Shown: piece after piece, positions 41,797-50,673 of the stretch | Position numbering within the stretch: the first letter of the stretch is position 1 | Layout of the letters: each line of letters starts with the position of its first letter | Source: Polyangiales bacterium | GTDB lineage: Bacteria > Myxococcota_A > Polyangia > Polyangiales > Houyiibacteriaceae | Length of the DNA: 64,000 nt | Assembly: GCA_045106895.1 (NCBI GenBank) | Contig: JBGCFM010000016.1 | Coordinates: forward strand, 64,001 to 128,000 | Direction: 5' to 3' | The notes under the pieces: model-generated | What the model saw: only the letters and a program-made list of their open reading frames with translations | The model's database searches: none | Told to the model about the DNA's origin: nothing | Position numbers and translations under genes: made by a program

Positions 41797-42366
41797 CTAG
41801 ATCGGGGGGACTTCTCGCGGTCCAATGACCATTTCACCAATTTGGTAGCCGCCCTTCACCACAACCAGCAGAAGCAGGTGGGTGCCGGCGGAATCCACGT
41901 GAAACGTGTGGTCCGCTGCGGGCGTTCCGTGGAGCACTTCGCCTGGGCCAAATCGCTCTTGGGTCAAAGAGTCGATGTAGGTTCCCTGCATGACGAGAAC
42001 TTGCTCCTCGCCCAAGTGGCTATGCGCAGGCAGCTCGGCCTGACGATCCACTCGGACGAACCCACGAACATGTCCGTCTGTTTTGGGCCCACCTGGAAGC
42101 CAACAAAACTCGACGCCGGGAAGCTCTTCGGCGAAGGAGTCTTTGCTGTCGACGCGATCGAGGAGCACACGTGTCTTGTCGAGGCTCAAATCCAACATGC
42201 TCGACGCCACCTCGGCGAAGCGCTCGAATCGTCCCTCAAGGACCGCCGCCTTGAGCAGGCGACCTCGCAGGCCTTCGCTCGGGGAAGGGCGAGGCTCGGC
42301 GGCATCCGGCAGTTCGACATCTGCGCCGGCGCCGCCTTGAAGAGCTTTCTTGAGAAGGTCGCTCAT
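41797..42366 (-). CDS. ChrR-like cupin protein, probable anti-sigma factor
   Basis: PAHSHLGEE...VMQG...H cupin motif; ATGA overlap with the ECF sigma gene. Confidence 0.75.
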   Translation of the reverse strand: MSDLLKKALQGGAGADVELPDAAEPRPSPSEGLRGRLLKAAVLEGRFERFAEVASSMLDLSLDKTRVLLDRVDSKDSFAEELPGVEFCWLPGGPKTDGHVRGFVRVDRQAELPAHSHLGEEQVLVMQGTYIDSLTQERFGPGEVLHGTPAADHTFHVDSAGTHLLLLVVVKGGYQIGEMVIGPREVPPI

Positions 42367-42914
42367 GGCGCGCCTCCATCGCTCGCGTCAACGAGCGCGC
42401 TGCGCAGTTTGGACAGAGCCGCGGCGGTTCGCGACTTCACGGTACCCAAAGGAATCGCGAGCGCTTCGCTGATCTCCGGTCCACTCAAACCTTCGATGTA
42501 CGCCAGCACGACGACTTCTCGCTGGCCGCTGGGGAGTGAATGAAGTGCGAAGTCTAGATTGTCGGCGTCGAGAGAAGGACGCATCTCCGTCGCGCCCATA
42601 TGCGCCTCGTTCAACTCCTGGCCGCGGCGACGCGGGGAGCGAAGGCGGTCTAGGCAACGAGAACGAACACGCATAGCCACCCAGGTACGAACGGAACCAC
42701 GTGTTGGATCGAAATCGCCGGCTTTCTTCCAAACTTCAACGAAGACATCGTGAAGCAGGTCTTCGGCGTCGCTCTCGGAGCTCAGCATTCGTCGGGCGAT
42801 CGCGAGCAGACGAGGCCCGTGCACGTCGTAGAGGCTACCCAGTGCCTCCTGGTCGCCGCGTGCGATTCGTCGCAAAAGCTCGATGTCCGAGATCACGCGT
42901 GAAGGTTCGTACAA
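42363..42914 (-). CDS. ECF RNA polymerase sigma factor
   Basis: DAEDLLHDVFVEVW; FDPTRGS; IPLGTVKSR. Confidence 0.93.
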   Translation of the reverse strand: MYEPSRVISDIELLRRIARGDQEALGSLYDVHGPRLLAIARRMLSSESDAEDLLHDVFVEVWKKAGDFDPTRGSVRTWVAMRVRSRCLDRLRSPRRRGQELNEAHMGATEMRPSLDADNLDFALHSLPSGQREVVVLAYIEGLSGPEISEALAIPLGTVKSRTAAALSKLRSALVDASDGGAP

Positions 42915-42941
42915 AGCGAGGGCGGTGGCAAGGGAGACACG

Positions 42942-43847
42942 TTAGCGGAGGAAGAGAAGCGCTACGCCAAGGACGGCCAGAGCGGTACCAACGAGGCCGC
43001 GGACACCGGGCTTGTCCCCTTCAATCCACGAAAAAGGAATCACCATGAGCGGGGTGGTCGCGATGATGCTCGCGGCGATCCCGGTCTCGATGAACTGGAC
43101 CGCAAGGAGTGAGCAGCCCACACCAAGGAATGGGCCCACGAAGGCACCGGCGGCGGCGAGACCCATCGCGCGACGGTCACGTAGGGCATCTCGAACTTGG
43201 CCAAAGCGCCGAAGGCCGAAGAAGAGAAGGATGAAGGCGACGAGGGCGCCGATGACGCGGACTTGCGTTGCTGCAAACGCGTCGTAGCTGCCCATTCCTT
43301 TTTTTGAGAGGACAAGTCCGACGGCCTGGCCGACGGCGCCGAGGATTCCGAACACGATCCCTCGGGGCGAGCGAGTGTCCTGGCGGTCTGCGGGTTGTCG
43401 TTCCGAAATCGTAAGCACAATTCCGACGACGGTAAGCGTCATACCCACGAGCCCAAGTGCGCCGATGCGTTCGTCGAGGAATAGGAAGCCGACGAGCGCC
43501 GTGAACGGAGGCGCGAGGGACATCAAGAGAGACGAAAGCCGCGGGCCGACTTCGAGGAATGCGCGGAAGAGGAACATGTCGCCCAAGAAGAGACCGACGA
43601 ACCCCGACAGAGCGAGCCAACCCCACGCATTTTGCGTGGCGTCTGTGGGTAGCGGCGTGCCTCGCATGATGGCCCCGTATGCTGCCAAGAAGACAAATCC
43701 CATCGCCAGGCGGATCGGGTTCAGCGTCATCGACCCGATGCGTCGACCGGCGCGTGTGAAGAACACGACTGAGAGTGCGAAGCATACAGCCGTGAGGAGC
43801 GAGATCAGCTCGCCGACAGGGAGCGCCAGTTGCGAAAGCCAGTCCAC
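42942..43847 (-). CDS. EamA/DMT family transporter
   Basis: About 10 TM segments in two repeats; LSGFVGLFLGD; FLDER. Confidence 0.88.
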   Translation of the reverse strand: MDWLSQLALPVGELISLLTAVCFALSVVFFTRAGRRIGSMTLNPIRLAMGFVFLAAYGAIMRGTPLPTDATQNAWGWLALSGFVGLFLGDMFLFRAFLEVGPRLSSLLMSLAPPFTALVGFLFLDERIGALGLVGMTLTVVGIVLTISERQPADRQDTRSPRGIVFGILGAVGQAVGLVLSKKGMGSYDAFAATQVRVIGALVAFILLFFGLRRFGQVRDALRDRRAMGLAAAGAFVGPFLGVGCSLLAVQFIETGIAASIIATTPLMVIPFSWIEGDKPGVRGLVGTALAVLGVALLFLR

Positions 43848-43848
43848 C

Positions 43849-44763
43849 TCAGGGGCTTGGTAGGGTCAGGGAGCCGCCTACGGCAAGCAGCGCACGGCCA
43901 TCCCCGCGGCGCTTTGGATCGCGGGCAAGCCAAGACGCGCAGAGCTCGTCGAGGTCCGGTGCCACCTCGGGACATAGCTCCGAGACGCGGGGCGCGTTCA
44001 TGCTCTGCTTGCGCACGAGTACCTCAGGGCCGCCACCTTCGAAGGGCAGTCCGCCGCTAAGCGCCTGAAAGAGAACCACGCCCAGTGAGTACCAATCTGC
44101 GGCGGGAGTTAGACTTCGGAGTCCGAGTTCCGGGGCGAGGTAAGCAGCGGAGCCGATGAGGCCCTCGTCTGTTTGTGTCTGGTCCAGGTCGCTCGAGAGA
44201 CCGAAGTCGAGAAGCACGCATTGCGCGCCTCGCACAAGAATGTTGTCCGGGGCGATGTCGAGGTGCAGTCGCCTCCGCGCGTGGATGTAGGTCAGTACGT
44301 CAACTAGCGTGTGCAACCAAGGGCGCAGCAGACGTTCCCCTTCCTCTCCGCAGTGCGCGAAGGAGTTCTCCCCGAGGTCGTTCATCTCGTAGCCAAAAGC
44401 CATCGGAAGGTTCTGGCGAAGTGTCTGGAGGCGCTCGGGTACCCACCGCCGGGTGCCATCGACGATGTCGCTTCCTTCGAAGTAAGGCATGAGGAGCGCC
44501 GAGAAGGTGTCGCCCTGCAAATATTGCGTTGGCCGGACGATAGCGCCGTGGTTCAGCTCCCGCGTCGCGGTGAACTCGCGTTCGATGGCGGAGGCCTCAC
44601 CGACCTTGAGAACAAGGCGTGCGTCGTCGTCGTGAACGACGACTACCTGGGATGTATCCGTCTGCCGTAGCCAGCGTTCGAACGTGAACGTGCGGGTTGC
44701 GAATCGCGCGGCGAGTTGTGCGTCACCACGCGCAAGATGGTCGTTACTTCTTGGTGGGTTCAC
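43849..44763 (-). CDS. Atypical stand-alone Ser/Thr kinase-like protein
   Basis: VLK, HLDIAPDN, LDFG, YLAPE, DWYSLG; no Gly-rich loop. Start uncertain. Confidence 0.75.
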   Translation of the reverse strand: MNPPRSNDHLARGDAQLAARFATRTFTFERWLRQTDTSQVVVVHDDDARLVLKVGEASAIEREFTATRELNHGAIVRPTQYLQGDTFSALLMPYFEGSDIVDGTRRWVPERLQTLRQNLPMAFGYEMNDLGENSFAHCGEEGERLLRPWLHTLVDVLTYIHARRRLHLDIAPDNILVRGAQCVLLDFGLSSDLDQTQTDEGLIGSAAYLAPELGLRSLTPAADWYSLGVVLFQALSGGLPFEGGGPEVLVRKQSMNAPRVSELCPEVAPDLDELCASWLARDPKRRGDGRALLAVGGSLTLPSP

Positions 44764-45295
44764 GGAAGAACGCGCTTCGGTAGTAGCGCAGCTCTGCGAC
44801 GCTCTCACGGACGTCATCGAGAGCTCGATGTTGGCTTACTTTGGCGGGGCGCTTTCCGTATGAACCCGGATACCAGCGCTTGCCGAGTTCTTTCACCGTG
44901 GAGACATCGATGTGGCGGTAGTGCAAGAACTCGTCGATCTGCGGCATGTAGAGCCGCAAAAAACGCCGGTCCTGGTGAATCGAGTTTCCGCAGAGAGGGG
45001 CTGCGCCCGGCGCGCAGTGTTCTTTGAGGAACGCGAGGGTCTGACTCTCAGCCTCTTCGTTGCTGATCTCGCTTGAGAGCACGCGGGCGGTGAGGCCGGA
45101 GTCGCCGTGGTGTTTGGTGTTCCACTCGTCCATGCCGGCGAGGAGCTCTTCGGACTGGCGAATGACCAGCTCTGGTCCTTCCGCGAGGATGTTGAGTTCG
45201 CCATCGGTGATGAGCGTCGCGATCTCGATGATGCGCTCTTTCTCCGGGTCGAGACCCGTCATCTCCATATCGATCCATACAAGTCGGTCAGCCAT
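44744..45295 (-). CDS. orn: Oligoribonuclease
   Basis: LVWIDMEMTGL; CGNSIHQDRRF; DVSTVKEL; HRALDDVRES. Confidence 0.97.
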   Translation of the reverse strand: MADRLVWIDMEMTGLDPEKERIIEIATLITDGELNILAEGPELVIRQSEELLAGMDEWNTKHHGDSGLTARVLSSEISNEEAESQTLAFLKEHCAPGAAPLCGNSIHQDRRFLRLYMPQIDEFLHYRHIDVSTVKELGKRWYPGSYGKRPAKVSQHRALDDVRESVAELRYYRSAFFREPTKK

Positions 45296-45354
45296 GCCGG
45301 CGTGTTTAGCACCTTTCGGTGCTCTTGCGGATTTTCACAAGCGCATTGGTGTGC

Positions 45355-46194
45355 TTAGCGCTCGGGCTCGAACTGGCCGCAAAGCTCTACGGTCTCGCCA
45401 AATACCAGAGGCACCTGCCGCGCGGGGCCGTCGAGGGCGTAAACGCGGCTCAGGCCCTCGGGGTCGGAGAGGCGCACTGTCATACAAAAGTCGTCGCGGA
45501 AGGGGCCGAGGAGGACCCCGTCCGTGCAGCAGGACTGCCATACCCACTCGCACTCCGCCAAACCTCGGGCGGCGTCAAAGACGCACTCTCGCGGTTCGTC
45601 ACCGACAGCGACTGCTGCGGCGATTCCTTCGGTGATCTGAAAGGTGCCGTTCAGCGCGCCTCGGCTTCCATCACCAGGGAGGTCGGTGATCACTGCGACG
45701 TAGGCGCCGCAGCCCCCAGGCCCGGCCTGTACGGTGAGCACCGCCTCGTCGCTGACACGAATGTCCGGCGTTGGGTTAGCGCTCTCGGCGTCCGGGACGC
45801 CGTAGGAGTACCACTCAGGTCCGCACCCATTGCGCGCGGCGGCCTCGATGGGTGCGCCGTTGAGCGAGAAACAAAAGAGCCCGTCGTCGATGAAGCCGTC
45901 GCAGTCATCATCGATGCCGTTACACAGCTCTGCGACACAGACATCGGGCGTGTCGGGGCCCGCGTCGATGATCGGCGCGTCGAGGCCTGCATCCGATAGG
46001 AAGGCATCGACGCCGCTGTCGTCCTCTTGAACATCCGGGCCCGCATCGCGAAGCGGGCCCACATCGATACGCGGCAGGTCGAGTCCAGCGTCGAACAAAC
46101 CAGCATCGCCCTCACCGGACGCATCTTCGTAGAGTCCGGTGGACGCACCACAGCTCATCAGCGTCATTGCCCACGCTAGCTGAGCCGCTCGCAT
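45355..46194 (-). CDS. Lipoprotein with DAG linker and a MopE-related repeat
   Basis: LMSC lipobox; ELCNGIDDDCDGFIDDG. Confidence 0.7.
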   Translation of the reverse strand: MRAAQLAWAMTLMSCGASTGLYEDASGEGDAGLFDAGLDLPRIDVGPLRDAGPDVQEDDSGVDAFLSDAGLDAPIIDAGPDTPDVCVAELCNGIDDDCDGFIDDGLFCFSLNGAPIEAAARNGCGPEWYSYGVPDAESANPTPDIRVSDEAVLTVQAGPGGCGAYVAVITDLPGDGSRGALNGTFQITEGIAAAVAVGDEPRECVFDAARGLAECEWVWQSCCTDGVLLGPFRDDFCMTVRLSDPEGLSRVYALDGPARQVPLVFGETVELCGQFEPER

Positions 46195-46196
46195 CG

Positions 46197-47102
46197 CTAC
46201 TCGACTTCCGCTTGAGGGTCGACGATCCACAGGTACGTCGCGGCCCGCGGGCTCGACTCGAGGATTGCGTCGATGCGATCACTGTCGCCGATGTCGGCGG
46301 TCAGGACGATGCGGTAGGGCTCCGTGTCGGCACGCTCCGGGATCCCGAGGCCACCGCGCACGTGCATATCACCAGCGAGGACCACGAGTCGCGGAGGCGC
46401 GCTGTCTCCCTCAAGGGCGGTCTTGACGCTGCGCGCCATCGTCTCATCCCAGATGACTTGCGCCGTGTACATCGCTTCGAGGCGCTCCGCAGACATCTCC
46501 GCTCCATGTTCCCCAAGGGCTTCGGTGACCAGCGCCCGATGCTCCTCGTTGCTCAGGTCGAGTACGGGAAGTTCGGCTTGTTGTTCTTCGCTGAGCCCGG
46601 CCAATCCTTCGCGACCCACGGTACGGGTGATCTCTTGTGGTGCGTTGAGGGCAAACGCTGGAATGTGACGGGTGCGAACAAACTCAAGGATCGGCCGGTA
46701 GAGTCGAAAATCGAACCCCCAACGCTCGTCCCACTCTGTCTCGCGGCGAAGCGTGGTTTCATCGATGCGTCCGGCGCTCCAGTCGTCGATGACGTTTTGA
46801 AACGGAGTCTGAAACATCTCGAAGCCAACTGCGATGGTTGGATCGCGATGATAGAGCTCGCTGAAGATCCGGTGCTGCATGCTGTGGTCCGTCGCGCGAT
46901 CATGCCGCTCGCCGAGATACACCACCCTGGCGGACGCGAGGTCCGAGATCATCGCATCTTCACCGATGTCCTCGCCCGTCTCGACGCGAACGATGCGCAC
47001 CGGCGCCATTCGGTGACGAACGATGTCTTCCGGCGTGACGGCCCTCGGCTGGTTTCCACAGGTCGACAAGGCGAAGATGAGCGCGAAGGAACATTTGAGC
47101 AT
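46197..47102 (-). CDS. ChaN/PhuW-like (TIKI/EreA superfamily) lipoprotein
   Basis: VVYLGERHD; GFEMF; WGFDFRLYRPI; AQVIWDETMA; LAGDMH. Confidence 0.85.
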   Translation of the reverse strand: MLKCSFALIFALSTCGNQPRAVTPEDIVRHRMAPVRIVRVETGEDIGEDAMISDLASARVVYLGERHDRATDHSMQHRIFSELYHRDPTIAVGFEMFQTPFQNVIDDWSAGRIDETTLRRETEWDERWGFDFRLYRPILEFVRTRHIPAFALNAPQEITRTVGREGLAGLSEEQQAELPVLDLSNEEHRALVTEALGEHGAEMSAERLEAMYTAQVIWDETMARSVKTALEGDSAPPRLVVLAGDMHVRGGLGIPERADTEPYRIVLTADIGDSDRIDAILESSPRAATYLWIVDPQAEVE

Positions 47103-47163
47103 CGGATAGGCCTAGTCGGTCTGTGTTCTGGGAGCGCTTAGGGCGCGGCGTACGAATGCAGGA

Positions 47164-49035
47164 TCAGTCGAACTGTCCGCGCTTGTCGAGTTCACTCACG
47201 ATAAACTCGACGGCCTCGTCGAGGCGGACGGAGTCGAGAGCGACGGTCAGGTCCGCTGTCTCAGGCGGCTCGAAACCGCTGAAGTCAGCGTCTGGACGTC
47301 GCTTCTCGCAAAGCTCGCGGTCGGTGTTCACGTAGACCTGGATGACCCGCTCATGTCCGATGCGCTGACGCAGAAGCTCGCGGTCTTCCTTTTGGTAGCT
47401 CTGAAATGCGCAGATGCACACGAGGCCGGCTTCCGTTGCCGCCTTCGCCGCGCTGACCATCGAGCGGAGGTCTTCGTCGCTGGGGTCGACCACAGTGGCG
47501 GTTCGTCCGAGGTCAAAGAGGCGTCGCTCGAGGGCGTAGGCGAGCGGCCATCGTCCGCTGCCGGGGAGCCCCGTGAGCCACACTGTGGCGCCGCGCTGTC
47601 CCATGCGCTTGTTGCGTTCCGTCGGACTGACTTGAGTCTTTGGCGTCAGGCCGCTCCCGGCGGTGAGCTCGGCGAGGACATCGTCGATGCCTTGAGCGCC
47701 TTCTTCGCCGATGATCATTCCGGCGGCGGCGGTCGCGTTGCTTAGGGAGTCGACGAGAATGAACGCACCCGTCGCGCGGTTCTGTTCATAGGCGTCCACG
47801 TAGAGTGCGCGATGTGTCGAGAAACGCACTCGGCCGATATCGTTCAGGGAGAGGGTCTCCGCTTCGACATCGTCGAGGCGTTCCATCTCTTTCTTCCAGA
47901 CCACTTCGTCCACCTGAGCTCGCACCTCTTGAGTGGAGTGTTTGATGATGTAGGTCTTGGCGGGGTCGAGATCTTGTTCTGCCATCCACACGACGTGCGC
48001 GTCGAAGGAGCGGGTCACGCGGGGGAGGTCGTTCGTATGCACGAGCATGTCGCCGCGACTGACGTCCACTTCGTCCGTTAGACGAACGACGACGGACTGC
48101 GGGGTGAACGCTTCCTCGAGGGAGCCGTCGTACGTGTCGATGCTGCGGACGTGGCTCTTCTTGCCACTCGGAAGCACCATGACTTCGTCGCCCTTGCGCA
48201 GTGTCCCACTGGCGACCTCGCCGGCGAAACCGCGGTAGTCGAGGTTGGGACGAATGACCATCTGCACGGGAAGACGGAAGTTCTCGTGGTTGCGGTCGTC
48301 GGCGATGGGCACGGTCTCAAGAAACTCAAGAACGTTCGGCCCTTCGTACCAGGTCGTCTTCTCAGACGATTTGACGATGTTCACACCCTTGAGCGCGGAG
48401 ACCGGGAAGAACGTGACGTCGCGGAAGCTCAGCGGCGCAGCGAACTCTTGAAACTCTTTGACGATGCGATTGAAGACGGCCTGGTCGTAACCGACGAGGT
48501 CCATCTTGTTTACGCAGACAGCGAGATGAGGAATACCGAGCAAGCTCGCAATATAGCCATGTCGTCGCGACTGGGGGAGCACGCCAAGGCGCGCGTCGAT
48601 GAGGATGATCGCGACGTTCGCCGTCGACGCACCCGTGACCATGTTGCGTGTGTACTGAACGTGTCCGGGGGTGTCCGCGATGATGAACTTCCGCTTCTCC
48701 GTGGAGAAGTATCGGTAAGCCACGTCGATGGTGATTCCCTGTTCGCGTTCCGCCCGGAGGCCATCCGTGAAGAGAGAAAAGTCGATCTCTTCGCCTTCGA
48801 TGTTCGTCGCCTGCTTTACAGCGGCGAGCTGGTCTTCGTAGACCTCGCCGGTGTCATGAAGGAGACGCCCGATAAGGGTAGACTTGCCGTCGTCGACGCT
48901 TCCTACCGCGACAAATCGCAGGAGCTCTTTGTTCTGGTAGCGCTCAAGGTAGCCGTCGATGTCATCGCGGAGAAGCGACGCTTCGAGCTCTTTTTCCTCG
49001 GCCGATCGAGCGGCTGTTTTGTCCGTGCCAGACAT
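47164..49035 (-). CDS. cysN: Sulfate adenylyltransferase GTPase subunit fused to a degenerate APS-kinase domain
   Basis: GSVDDGKST; EREQGITIDVAYRYF; DTPGH; NKMD; C-terminal VWLTGLPGSGRW. Confidence 0.95.
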   Translation of the reverse strand: MSGTDKTAARSAEEKELEASLLRDDIDGYLERYQNKELLRFVAVGSVDDGKSTLIGRLLHDTGEVYEDQLAAVKQATNIEGEEIDFSLFTDGLRAEREQGITIDVAYRYFSTEKRKFIIADTPGHVQYTRNMVTGASTANVAIILIDARLGVLPQSRRHGYIASLLGIPHLAVCVNKMDLVGYDQAVFNRIVKEFQEFAAPLSFRDVTFFPVSALKGVNIVKSSEKTTWYEGPNVLEFLETVPIADDRNHENFRLPVQMVIRPNLDYRGFAGEVASGTLRKGDEVMVLPSGKKSHVRSIDTYDGSLEEAFTPQSVVVRLTDEVDVSRGDMLVHTNDLPRVTRSFDAHVVWMAEQDLDPAKTYIIKHSTQEVRAQVDEVVWKKEMERLDDVEAETLSLNDIGRVRFSTHRALYVDAYEQNRATGAFILVDSLSNATAAAGMIIGEEGAQGIDDVLAELTAGSGLTPKTQVSPTERNKRMGQRGATVWLTGLPGSGRWPLAYALERRLFDLGRTATVVDPSDEDLRSMVSAAKAATEAGLVCICAFQSYQKEDRELLRQRIGHERVIQVYVNTDRELCEKRRPDADFSGFEPPETADLTVALDSVRLDEAVEFIVSELDKRGQFD

Positions 49036-49036
49036 C

Positions 49037-49951
49037 TTAGAAGTACCCTTCGCGCTTTTTACGTTCCATCGAACCATCTTCGTCGAAGTCGATGAGCCTG
49101 CCCTGGCGTTCTGAGAAGCGGTTGAGCAGCATTTCTTGAATGACCTTTGGCAAAGTGTCGGCTTCGGACTCGACGGCGCCGCTCAAGGGGTAACAACCCA
49201 GAGTTCGGAAACGAACGCTCTTCATCTGCGGCGTCTCGCCTTCGCGAAGTGGCATTCGCTCGTCGTCGACCATGATCCATGTTCCTTCGCGTTCTACGAC
49301 GGGGCGCTTCTTCGCCAGGTAGAGTGGAACGACGGGGATCTCGTCTTTGAGGATGTAGAGCCAAACGTCGAGTTCGGTCCAGTTGCTAATTGGAAAGACT
49401 CGAACGCTCTCACCCTTGGTGATCTTGCCGTTGTAGAGATTCCAGAGTTCGGGACGCTGGTTCTTCGGGTCCCAGGAATGATGGTCGTCGCGGAAGGAGT
49501 AGATGCGTTCCTTCGCGCGGCTCTTCTCTTCGTCTCGACGCGCACCGCCGAAGGCGCAGTCAAAGGCGTAGCGGTTGAGGCCACTCTTCAGCGCGACGGT
49601 CTTCATCGTCGTCGTGTATTTGTTTGACCCGTGCGTGAAGGGGGTGATGTTCTGGGCCACGCCTTCTTGGTTTGTTTCGACGCGCAGATCCAAGCCGAGA
49701 TCGCGTTTGGTCTTCTCGCGAAACTCGATCATTTCCTTGAACTTCCACGTCGTGTCGACGTGCATCAGAGGAAACGGGATGGGGCCCGGCGCAAACGCCT
49801 TTTGGGCGAGTCGCAATAGAACCGAGGAGTCTTTGCCGATGCTGTAGAGCATCACTGGGCGGTCGAACTCGGCGGCAGCTTCGCGGAAGATGTGAATACT
49901 CTCCGCTTCTAGCTGCTTCAGATGTGAGAGTGTCTTTGCGTCGATCTGCAT
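49037..49951 (-). CDS. cysD: Sulfate adenylyltransferase subunit 2
   Basis: [36 protein letters not shown]. Confidence 0.98.
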   Translation of the reverse strand: MQIDAKTLSHLKQLEAESIHIFREAAAEFDRPVMLYSIGKDSSVLLRLAQKAFAPGPIPFPLMHVDTTWKFKEMIEFREKTKRDLGLDLRVETNQEGVAQNITPFTHGSNKYTTTMKTVALKSGLNRYAFDCAFGGARRDEEKSRAKERIYSFRDDHHSWDPKNQRPELWNLYNGKITKGESVRVFPISNWTELDVWLYILKDEIPVVPLYLAKKRPVVEREGTWIMVDDERMPLREGETPQMKSVRFRTLGCYPLSGAVESEADTLPKVIQEMLLNRFSERQGRLIDFDEDGSMERKKREGYF

Positions 49952-50048
49952 AGAGATAGCCCGCCTCATAGCCCGCGCCGCGCACTCCGGCTAGGGTTTG
50001 CCGGCAGAAATCGACGAGATAGGCGGTGATCGCGAGATCGAAGGAGCG

Positions 50049-50630
50049 CTACTGGACGCGTGTGCGGACGCGCATCGTCCAGTCGTTGCCTCTGAAGCGC
50101 TGGTGGAGTCGCGACTCCCGGACGCTTTCTTCGTGCGGCGCGGCCTCCACCCAGAGGCATGCGCCGACCCATTTGTCCCAGGCACAACTTGCGCTGAAAG
50201 CACCTCGCTGGTTTTCAACATCGACGGGGCTCGGGGAGATCGCGTCCTCCGCGGCGTCTGCTTCGGCGAAGGTCACGCGGACCCGGGGGTCTTCATCGAG
50301 GCGCCAGAGTTGAAGTGAATCGGGGCTCTTGAGCGCCGCTTCGACGCGGGCGATGTCGTCTCCGCTGTCTTCTTCCATGCCGATCAGGAGCGTGGCGAGG
50401 TGTCCGTCCGCTGGAATCTCATGCTGCCAGGGCGCGTGCGTCCACGGCATGGGCTCTGCGCTCTCCGCCGTCACTTTGAATTCGAGCCGTTCGGATCGAA
50501 GCAGGCGAGGCCCGCCTTCGCCGACGCCGTAGATCGCGATAAGAATCACAGGTTCTGGCAGGCCACGAAATATCCCGTCGTGGGCCTTCGTGAGCTCCAA
50601 GCTCTCTACGCGAAAGGTGCAGGTTGCCAT
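50049..50630 (-). CDS. Hypothetical cytoplasmic beta-rich protein
   Basis: Protein-like ORF just downstream of the receptor kinase. Confidence 0.55.
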   Translation of the reverse strand: MATCTFRVESLELTKAHDGIFRGLPEPVILIAIYGVGEGGPRLLRSERLEFKVTAESAEPMPWTHAPWQHEIPADGHLATLLIGMEEDSGDDIARVEAALKSPDSLQLWRLDEDPRVRVTFAEADAAEDAISPSPVDVENQRGAFSASCAWDKWVGACLWVEAAPHEESVRESRLHQRFRGNDWTMRVRTRVQ

Positions 50631-50673
50631 CTGTCGAGTAGTAGCAGGTCCGCGAAAATGTCCGCAACGTGCG

